The position numbers and the translations under genes are program-made. DNA of 32,000 bases, taken from Candidatus Moranella endobia PCIT. Its GTDB lineage: Bacteria > Pseudomonadota > Gammaproteobacteria > Enterobacterales > Enterobacteriaceae. The stretch is from the NCBI RefSeq assembly GCF_000219175.1, contig NC_015735.1, positions 330,001 to 362,000 of the forward strand. Direction: 5' to 3'. This document shows positions 22,712 through 32,000 of the stretch, one piece after another. Position 1 is the stretch's first letter. Each line of letters begins with the position of its first letter. The notes beneath the pieces were generated by a model, which ran no database searches, was not told the DNA's origin, and worked only from the letters and a program-made list of their open reading frames with translations.

Positions 22712-23722
22712 TCAGATAAGCTCACGTGCCCTTAATTCTATTTTCAGATAAGCGTAATAAATGGGCGCCGCTATCAAACCTTCCATCCCAAAAGCTGACT
22801 CTAAGATAAGCATGGCCAGTAGTAACTCCCATGATTTAGCATTAATACGGTTGCCAACTATCTCGGCATTTAGAAAGTATTCTAGTTTGTGAATCAAAAT
22901 TAGGTACAGTGCCATCACGCCGCCCACGCTCAATGAGATAGACATAGCCGAAATAATAATCATAACATTTGAAATAAGATTACCGAGAATTGGTAGTAAG
23001 CCAAAGATAAAAGTTGCCAAAATCAGCATTTTACCAAGCGGTAGATATACATCGAACAGCGGGAACAACCAGAGAATAATCATTGAGGTAAGTAGGGTAT
23101 TTACCAGTGATACTTTGATTTGTGCGAAGACAATATTACGGAAAGCTTGAGAAAGATAGTGCAAGCGTTCTAGAAGCTGCTGCGTGAAGTATGTATTATT
23201 ACGGTCAGAAGGTTTATTTAGTGAAATAACTGCGCCAATTATGAGGCCGATAACAATAGTAATTAGTCTGTGGAAGACAGATCTGCCCATATTGCTGATC
23301 ATAATTGAATTTGATTCAACCAAGTCAAATAACTTATCTTTCAGTTCTTCCGTGCTTTTAGGTGGTAACACAGGAAAATAATTAGGGATGCAGTTTTTAA
23401 CATTGGAAAAAATGCGGTTGGTTTTTGCTGTAATGTCGATACCGCGTTGAATATCCGTGGTAAAGCAGCTTATCTGGTGCACTATACCAATTATCAGTGC
23501 AATCGTTAAAAAAACGACGGCTATCAGCGCCATTACTACCAATCGACCGCTTTCTCTGCCTACTAGACGACGATCAAACCACAGTAGCAAGGAAATACTC
23601 ATCTCATACGTCAGAAATCCGGCGATAAAGCAGGGAAACAAATGCAACGGAATGATAATAGTGATAAAAATAAACATCAATAGGTAAGATATTGCTTTCA
23701 GCCATGTCTCACTTACAATCAT
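22712..23722 (-). CDS. AI-2E family (PerM/YdiK-like) multi-pass membrane permease
   Basis: 336 aa, many hydrophobic segments; C-terminal region FGLLPILGNLISNVMIII...HKLEYFLNAEIVGNRI resembles AI-2E family transporters. Exact orthology not resolved. Confidence 0.65.
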   Translation of the reverse strand: MIVSETWLKAISYLLMFIFITIIIPLHLFPCFIAGFLTYEMSISLLLWFDRRLVGRESGRLVVMALIAVVFLTIALIIGIVHQISCFTTDIQRGIDITAKTNRIFSNVKNCIPNYFPVLPPKSTEELKDKLFDLVESNSIMISNMGRSVFHRLITIVIGLIIGAVISLNKPSDRNNTYFTQQLLERLHYLSQAFRNIVFAQIKVSLVNTLLTSMIILWLFPLFDVYLPLGKMLILATFIFGLLPILGNLISNVMIIISAMSISLSVGGVMALYLILIHKLEYFLNAEIVGNRINAKSWELLLAMLILESAFGMEGLIAAPIYYAYLKIELRARELI

Positions 23723-23850
23723 TATTATGATTTCCTTTCATTACTGGCTGTTTCCTTTATGGATTGCGCTGATAGCTATCACATTCTGTACGATAAAATT
23801 GCTGTTTTAAATAATTTCGTTTCAACTGTGTTCTAATCTGTCATAGAATG

Positions 23851-24062
23851 TCATAGAGTGGTTCTACTGAATAAAACGTTGGGTAATGGCAACGACCTGT
23901 CTGCACAGTTTTTATTTAGCTATTCATATGAAGTTCGTGGCAGCACATTTATCTTTATATGCCAGTTAAATCGCTCGACCATACCATTCTTTTGGGTGGG
24001 GTATTTATTTTAAAATGATCATTTGTACCCCCAGCGATCGTACTTAAGTTATGCGCTATAAA
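23851..24062 (-). pseudogene. Degenerate C-terminal relic of an IS481-like (rve/DDE) transposase
   Basis: Reverse-strand reading NDHFKINTPPK (one frame) then KNGMVERFNWHIKINVLPRTSYE*...LPLPNVLFSRTTL* (next frame), resembling the IS481 motif 'IEHRLTPPK-PQTNGMVERFNGRI...QLPQ-L-S-TPLQ'. Confidence 0.6.
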
Positions 24063-24160
24063 AATAGAATATCTTGAGGTTGAATTTTATATTGGGGTAA
24101 AATATTACACATCTACCGCAAATTTTCTACGCCTTGCGCTTATGTCAATAGCTATACTAG

Positions 24161-24718
<558 letters not shown>

Positions 24719-25384
24719 CGCTAAACTTTCCCTAATTAGTCTCGACAAAAGCATGATTTACTTATTTTACCAGGCTATTAGGCTGTTCATGATCGATTAG
24801 GGCACGTATTTATTATTTCTTAACTATTTATGTTACTGTTACGATTACAGTAAAAATTACGCACTGTATTTATTGTATTAGCTATTGCTAGAGTAATGGA
24901 TTGAGATCAAATTAACCGATATTGGTATAATATAACGCATAGATTATAATCTATAAAACATTTCGAGCTGATACATTCTACTAACTGTTTATGAAACTGA
25001 TGCTAATATAGCGTGGCAATGCTTGCAAAGCATAGCATCTCGTCATCAAGAAGGAATCAATTAACCAAGATCGTTACTGTTACTAAGAGTATAAACAGCA
25101 GGTCGTTCTGGTAAAATCACCTAATCTGTACAATAGTTATTGTCTGATTAATAAGAGCAAAAAATCAGTACTGGATTGCGTCCACGTAATTTACGGTTAG
25201 GAAAATAGTTAAGCTAGTAAGACTAGTAAGAGACAGATACATGACAATGTATCGTATCATGTTTAATTTTTGTTTTTTTTGTTCTACCTTGTCTTTATTT
25301 ACCTTTTTTCGTATGATTTATAATCTTAATCTTAGTAGATCACAATCAAGAAATAGATTGAGCATGCTGAAAGCGGAGTCTGTT

Positions 25385-25696
25385 ATGTATGGAGTTTTCC
25401 ACAGCGGTGGTAAACAACACCGAGTAAGAGAAGGTCAGACCGTTCGGCTTGAAAAGCTAGACATCGCCACAGGTAAAACTGTTGAATTTGACCGGGTTAT
25501 GATGATCGTCAACGGCGAAGACATTAAGATTGGTAGTCCTTTTTTAACCGACGGTAAAATTACGGCGGAAGTAGTGGCTCACGGTCGTGGCGAAAAAGTA
25601 AGGATTATCAAATTTCGTCGCCGTAAGCACTTTCGTAAGCATCAGGGCCATCGTCAGTGGTTCACTGACGTTAAAATAATTGGTATTGGATCCTAA
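25385..25696 (+). CDS. rplU: 50S ribosomal protein L21
   Basis: [30 protein letters not shown]...[23 protein letters not shown]; start at 25385 with GGAG upstream. Confidence 0.96.
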   Translation: MYGVFHSGGKQHRVREGQTVRLEKLDIATGKTVEFDRVMMIVNGEDIKIGSPFLTDGKITAEVVAHGRGEKVRIIKFRRRKHFRKHQGHRQWFTDVKIIGIGS

Positions 25697-25716
25697 CCAG
25701 GAAGGAGAACTGATTC

Positions 25717-25974
25717 ATGGCACACAAAAAAGCTGGTGGCTCCACACGTAACGGTCGAGACTCAGAAAGCAAACGTCTAGGCGTTAAACGCTTTGGCGGA
25801 GAACTGGTAAATGCCGGTAGCATTATTGTTCGACAACGTGGAACTCAATTCCACCCTGGTACTAACGTAGGCTGCGGCAAGGATCATACGCTATTTGCTT
25901 TGATGACCGGCAAAATTCAGTTTGGAATTAAGGGTACAATGAACCGTCGATTGGTGAGTGTAGTTGTCGAATAA
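25717..25974 (+). CDS. rpmA: 50S ribosomal protein L27
   Basis: [29 protein letters not shown]; SD GGAAGGAG. Confidence 0.97.
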   Translation: MAHKKAGGSTRNGRDSESKRLGVKRFGGELVNAGSIIVRQRGTQFHPGTNVGCGKDHTLFALMTGKIQFGIKGTMNRRLVSVVVE

Positions 25975-26300
25975 ATATCCTAATAGGAGCCCATAAAGAC
26001 TCTTATTTAGGTTAATTATTAGTTAATTACACTATGTTAGCAAAAAAATACATGTTACCAAATGATTAGAATGGTTAAGTTCTCACCCAATATAGTGTTA
26101 CTCCATAGAACATTTTAAATCGGTTGTTCGCTGGTGCTGACACTACTAGCTGAAATAAATTTGTCTGTTTTTCAGTCATTCATCTATCGACGGTAGCAAC
26201 TGTAATTTTAATAATTTTGACATCGTCATGCTAACTTATTATGCAGCTACAGCTAATTGAGGTGAACAACATTATCAAGCTGCCCGGCAGCTATGGATAG

Positions 26301-27335
<1,035 letters not shown>

Positions 27336-28169
27336 TTTCCAATACCAAAATGGAGAAATTTTGATATAATGCATGTGGGAGGATGATGACTGCATAGCAA
27401 ACGCTGCCAGTACTGAACAGTATTTCAGAGTGCATAAATTATGCAGCTATTGCTGAAGAAATAACTTTATATTTGGATTTATTGTGCTGCTGTTCTAATA
27501 CTCCCTCCTTACCTGGTCATGGAAACTGATAGCAAGAAGACTAACCGAAACTTATTAGATTAGTTTAATCCAACGTTTTTCTGGTATATTTTTGGCATGA
27601 ATAATTAACTCAAACAACGAGAACGGTATTGCTGCAACCAAAATAATAAATAGCTTAAGTAAGCCAAAAAGCCAAAATAACATTATCTGTTCACGATTAT
27701 AAGATGCGATACGATACATAGGCTGCATACGAACATGATCAAACTGATAGTTGCTCACTCCCATGTCATGTTGAGTGAGGTTTAAGTTAGGTATTTAAAC
27801 ATTACAGTGATCCATGTCAGGCTGCGTTGCACCTATTTTACACCTTTAACACCCAGTTTGTTTTACAGATATACCGTATAGTTTTCACAGGATAAAAACG
27901 CATGAGGTTATCCACTTGATAACCTGACTGCATACTCATGCTTCTATGTAAACAGACATAAAGAAGTACACAAAGTACACTATGAATCACACCTAACTCT
28001 CAGTAAAATACGTACAAACATGCAAAAATTAGGCTTGCCTTGGCTAAATTGGCCAGGTAAACCTACTGTTATTTGGATTGCTGTTGCTGCTGCAGCATGT
28101 AGTACACAAAATCTAGTAGTGACAGCACCTGCAAAATATTAAGAACGTTAAAGGTACATAATAATGATC

Positions 28170-28646
28170 ATGAACCAGATTCCGATGACTATGCGTGGCG
28201 CTAAAAAACTCAGGGAAGAGCTAGAATATCTCAAAAGCATCCGTCGTCCCGAAATTATCCGGTCGATTGCGGAAGCACGCGAGCAAGGTGATTTAAAAGA
28301 AAACGCCGAGTACCATGCTGCCAGGGAACAACAGGGCTTCTGTGAAGGACGCATCCAGGCAATAGATGCAAAACTGTCCAATGCGCAGGTAATCGATGTG
28401 ACTAAGTTTGCCCCGAGCGGCCGGGTAATTTTTGGTGCTACGGTAAGTGTAGCGAATCTGGAGAGTGACCATCAACAAACATATCGCATTGTTGGCGACG
28501 ATGAGGCTGATTTCAAGCAAAACTTAATTTCAATTAATTCTCCCATCGCCCGCGGGCTGGTTGGCAAAGAAGAAGGGGATTTTGTTGTTATTAACACCCC
28601 TGGTGGAGAGGTTGAGTACGAAATATTAAAGGTACAATATCTATAA
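28170..28646 (+). CDS. greA: Transcript cleavage factor GreA
   Basis: [23 protein letters not shown]...[28 protein letters not shown]; start at 28170 by similarity. Confidence 0.96.
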   Translation: MNQIPMTMRGAKKLREELEYLKSIRRPEIIRSIAEAREQGDLKENAEYHAAREQQGFCEGRIQAIDAKLSNAQVIDVTKFAPSGRVIFGATVSVANLESDHQQTYRIVGDDEADFKQNLISINSPIARGLVGKEEGDFVVINTPGGEVEYEILKVQYL

Positions 28647-28830
28647 GCGTCATGTTGGCGCCGTTATTGGCCTTCATTCTTGACCAGTTGCCAACCATGA
28701 ACTGTATGCAACAAAAAATATTGTTGGTGTGTTGAGCTAGTATTTACATTACTATAATGTTAGAAGATAAGGATGATGTACCATGTGTGCAACAACCGTG
28801 ACAGCAATAGTAGAAAGAACTCTATTTTAT

Positions 28831-28950
28831 CTATCCCATTATTACCTTGATCACTTCATATTCTTCAACGCCTTCGATGAGCATGACTTCAGGCGTTTCT
28901 TTGCCTAGGTATTAATATGAGTCGGCGCATAATTGGCAAAATTTTTCCAC
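28831..28950 (-). pseudogene. yhbY: Probable relic of yhbY (CRM-domain ribosome-associated protein)
   Basis: Reverse-strand fragments NYAPTHINT / YLGKETPEVMLIEGVEEYEVIKVIMG* resemble YhbY ...PVVLLGSNGLTEGVLAEIEQALEHHELIKVKI; same position and opposite orientation between greA and rlmE as in E. coli. Confidence 0.5.
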
Positions 28951-28981
28951 TACGACACTATTTTATAGTTGGACCATTAAA

Positions 28982-29611
28982 ATGGCGACTAACAAGCGTT
29001 CTGTCAGTTCCAGCTTATGGCAGCAGAAACACTATAGCGATAAATATTTTCAGCAGGCAAAAAAACAAGGACTGCGTTCTCGTGCCTGGTTTAAACTTGC
29101 TGAAATACAGCAGAGCGACAAACCATTTCGCCCAGGGATGACGGTAGTTGATTTAGGCGCCGCGCCCGGCGGCTGGTCGCAATATGTTGCTACGCAAATC
29201 GGCAGCACAGGGCGTGTTATTGCATGTGATATTCTGCCAATGGATCCGATTGTGGGCGTTGAATTTATGCGTGGCGATGTTCGTGACCATCTGGTCCTGC
29301 AGGCACTAATTGAACGTATAGGCCAACAAAAGGTGCAGGTGTTGCTGTCAGACATGGCGCCTAATATGAGCGGTATGTCAGCAATCGATATTCCTAAATC
29401 AATGTATCTCGTTGAGCTAGCATTAGACATGTGTAAGGATGTGCTGGCGCCTGGTGGTACTTTTCTAGTTAAAGTTTTTCAGGGAGATGGTTTTGATGGC
29501 TATCTACAGATAATACGCTCTCGGTTTAGACAGGTAAAAATTCGTAAACCGCAGGCTTCTCGTGCAAGCTCCCGCGAAGTTTACATTGTGGCGACAGGAA
29601 ACAAATTATAG
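28982..29611 (+). CDS. rlmE: 23S rRNA 2'-O-ribose U2552 methyltransferase
   Basis: [15 protein letters not shown] motif [39 protein letters not shown]. Confidence 0.96.
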   Translation: MATNKRSVSSSLWQQKHYSDKYFQQAKKQGLRSRAWFKLAEIQQSDKPFRPGMTVVDLGAAPGGWSQYVATQIGSTGRVIACDILPMDPIVGVEFMRGDVRDHLVLQALIERIGQQKVQVLLSDMAPNMSGMSAIDIPKSMYLVELALDMCKDVLAPGGTFLVKVFQGDGFDGYLQIIRSRFRQVKIRKPQASRASSREVYIVATGNKL

Positions 29612-29677
29612 TAATCTAATTCAACTATTAATTGTTCAACAGTTTGGTGGCAATATGAGGTTCCTACCTTGAGGGAT

Positions 29678-31555
29678 ATGGCGAAGAACCTGATTCTATG
29701 GCTAATTATCGCAATTGTGCTGATGTCGGTATTCCAGAGTTTCAGGCCCAGCGAGTATAGTAGACATAGAGTAGATTACTCTACCTTTATGTCAGAATTG
29801 CATCAAAATCAGGTTCGTGAAGCACGCATTAACGGTCGTGAAATAACTGTTACCAAAAAAGACAATAATCATTACACTACCTATATTCCGGTCAACGATC
29901 TCAAGCTGCTAGATATTCTTTTGACCAAAAATGTCAAAGTGGTGGGTGAGCCACCGGAAGAACCTAGCCTACTAGCTTCCATCTTTATATCTTGGTTCCC
30001 GATGCTCTTACTAATTGGAGTATGGATATTCTTTATGCGCCAAATACAGGGTAGTGGTGGCAAAGGCGCTATGTCGTTCGGCAAGAGTAAGGCGCGGATG
30101 TTGACAGAAGACCAGATAAAAACGACCTTCGCTGATGTCGCAGGTTGCGATGAAGCGAAGGAAGAGGTACATGAGCTAGTTGATTACTTACGCGAACCAA
30201 GCCGTTTCCAAAAGCTAGGCGGCAAGATTCCTAAAGGCGTGCTAATGGTTGGACCGCCAGGAACCGGTAAAACTCTGCTGGCAAAGGCTATCGCGGGGGA
30301 AGCCAAGGTACCGTTTTTTACTATTTCCGGTTCTGACTTCGTGGAGATGTTTGTTGGTGTTGGCGCTTCCCGCGTTCGGGATATGTTCGAACAGGCGAAA
30401 AAAGCTGCGCCTTGTATCATTTTTATCGATGAAATCGACGCCGTCGGGCGTCAACGTGGTGCTGGCCTAGGCGGCGGTCACGATGAGCGTGAACAGACTC
30501 TAAACCAGATGCTTGTGGAAATGGATGGGTTTGACGGCAATGAAGGTGTTATTGTCATTGCAGCTACCAACCGCCCAGACGTTCTGGATCCGGCGCTGCT
30601 ACGTCCAGGACGTTTTGACCGACAAGTGGTGGTTGGTCTACCTGATGTCCGTGGTAGAGAACAAATTCTAAAGGTACACATGCGAAGTGTGCCGTTAGCG
30701 CCCGATATTGATGCTTCGGTAATTGCGCGCGGTACGCCTGGCTTTTCTGGTGCTGATTTGGCCAACCTAGTGAACGAAGCGGCGTTATTTGCCGCTCGCG
30801 ACAGTAAGCTCATAGTGACGATGGTAGAATTGGAGAAGGCCAAAGATAAAATTATGATGGGCACCGAGCGACGTTCAATGGTTATGACTGAAATGCAAAA
30901 AGAAGCTACCGCCTACCACGAGGCTGGCCATGCGATCATAGGCCGTTTAGTGCCAGAGCATGATCCGTTGCATAAAGTTACCATTATCCCGCGTGGTCAA
31001 TCCCTAGGAGTGACATTTTTCCTACCAGAAGGAGATGCTATTAGCGCTAGCCGCCAGAAGTTGGAAAGCCAAATCGCCACTCTATACGGTGGTCGGCTAG
31101 CTGAGGAGATTATATATGGTCCGGCAAAAGTATCTACTGGAGCGTCTAACGATATTAAAGTAGCGACATCGATTGCTCGCAATATGGTTACCCAGTGGGG
31201 CTTCTCGGATAAGTTGGGTCCGATGCTATATGCGGAGGAAGAGGAGGAAATTTTGCTTGGTCGTGCAGTAGTTGGCAAGATGAAGCATATATCTGATGAA
31301 ACAGCGCGCATAATCGATCAAGAAGTTAAGTCACTGATTGAGCGAAACTATGTCCATGCCCATAAATTGCTGATGGATAATATGGATATTCTGCATGCTA
31401 TGAAAGATGCTTTGATGAAATATGAGACCATCGATGCACAACAGATTGACGATCTTATGAGCCGCAAAGCGATTGTGCGCCCGCCTGCTGGTTGGGATAA
31501 TATCGTCTCTGATAAGAGCTGCGATGAAGTTACTACGTGCCCGCCGAAGACATAG
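29678..31555 (+). CDS. ftsH: ATP-dependent zinc metalloprotease FtsH
   Basis: [22 protein letters not shown], Walker [13 protein letters not shown], Walker [14 protein letters not shown] zinc motif; start at 29678 by similarity with GAGG upstream. Confidence 0.97.
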   Translation: MAKNLILWLIIAIVLMSVFQSFRPSEYSRHRVDYSTFMSELHQNQVREARINGREITVTKKDNNHYTTYIPVNDLKLLDILLTKNVKVVGEPPEEPSLLASIFISWFPMLLLIGVWIFFMRQIQGSGGKGAMSFGKSKARMLTEDQIKTTFADVAGCDEAKEEVHELVDYLREPSRFQKLGGKIPKGVLMVGPPGTGKTLLAKAIAGEAKVPFFTISGSDFVEMFVGVGASRVRDMFEQAKKAAPCIIFIDEIDAVGRQRGAGLGGGHDEREQTLNQMLVEMDGFDGNEGVIVIAATNRPDVLDPALLRPGRFDRQVVVGLPDVRGREQILKVHMRSVPLAPDIDASVIARGTPGFSGADLANLVNEAALFAARDSKLIVTMVELEKAKDKIMMGTERRSMVMTEMQKEATAYHEAGHAIIGRLVPEHDPLHKVTIIPRGQSLGVTFFLPEGDAISASRQKLESQIATLYGGRLAEEIIYGPAKVSTGASNDIKVATSIARNMVTQWGFSDKLGPMLYAEEEEEILLGRAVVGKMKHISDETARIIDQEVKSLIERNYVHAHKLLMDNMDILHAMKDALMKYETIDAQQIDDLMSRKAIVRPPAGWDNIVSDKSCDEVTTCPPKT

Positions 31556-32000
31556 AGTGCTATTGTTGAATAATACGGTAATCGATCATAGTAATAGTCA
31601 TTAGATACTGGTAGCATCATGCGATACTCTCACCATAGTAGCGCCGCAACAATGCAACTCGATAACGTTCACGGAACCTTGACGCTACGCGCATCTCGCT
31701 GTCAGCTAAGCTGGTATACATACAAGCACAGAGGTTTAGTAACAGTTAGGCGCCCACGGGCGAGTTATTTTATATAAGTATGGTACCGATCCAAAGTTAG
31801 CCTTATCTTAGAAGAAGAGGAGGAATAGATCGTGCATGCAGATTAACCATATAGCGTATTATATCGCGGTGTAAGTGGTTTACTGAAGTAGCTACAAAAT
31901 TTACTTGCAATACATGCAATAAAATTGTACTTTAGTTATTATTCATAGTTCATAGTTGTTTCAGTTGAATGTTCCAGGTACGTTGTTTGTGGTTGTAGTT

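Noticed and set aside
27555-27764. 69 aa minus-strand hydrophobic ORF in the former dacB slot
   Set aside because: No similarity to PBP4 (DacB) or any family I can name; A+T-rich spacers commonly give such hydrophobic ORFs.
27908-27916. TTATCCACT as a possible DnaA box/origin signal
   Set aside because: A single near-consensus 9-mer with no cluster, AT-rich unwinding repeats, or neighbouring dnaA/gidA is not evidence for an origin.

Overview
This 32 kb window looks like housekeeping DNA from a reduced-genome gammaproteobacterial (Enterobacterales-type) endosymbiont. I assign 22 coding genes: cysE, cpxA (damaged), cpxR, tpiA, pfkA, tktA, dolP/yraP, ybeY, proS, argH, sodA, murJ, argS, topA, an AI-2E-family permease, tadA, rplU, rpmA, obgE, greA, rlmE and ftsH. 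There are four tRNAs (Leu-TAG, Gln-TTG, Met-CAT, Gln-CTG) and the RNase P RNA. Identification is by recalled similarity to Enterobacterial proteins and RNAs, with no database search. Genes are separated by long spacers with little coding signal; features I assign cover roughly three quarters of the window. I found no CRISPR array, prophage, toxin-antitoxin, biosynthetic cluster or evident new system. The observations most worth checking are: (1) a CpxA kinase lacking its periplasmic sensor domain and split by a frameshift beside an intact cpxR; (2) an IS481-like transposase relic upstream of the AI-2E permease; (3) a probable yhbY relic in its ancestral position and orientation between greA and rlmE; (4) a nested inverted-repeat structure just upstream of ybeY; (5) a tRNA-Gln(CTG) gene encoding CCT instead of CCA at its 3' end; (6) an ObgE that ends at the G domain. 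Where upstream in-frame starts exist, I chose starts by N-terminal similarity and Shine-Dalgarno spacing.
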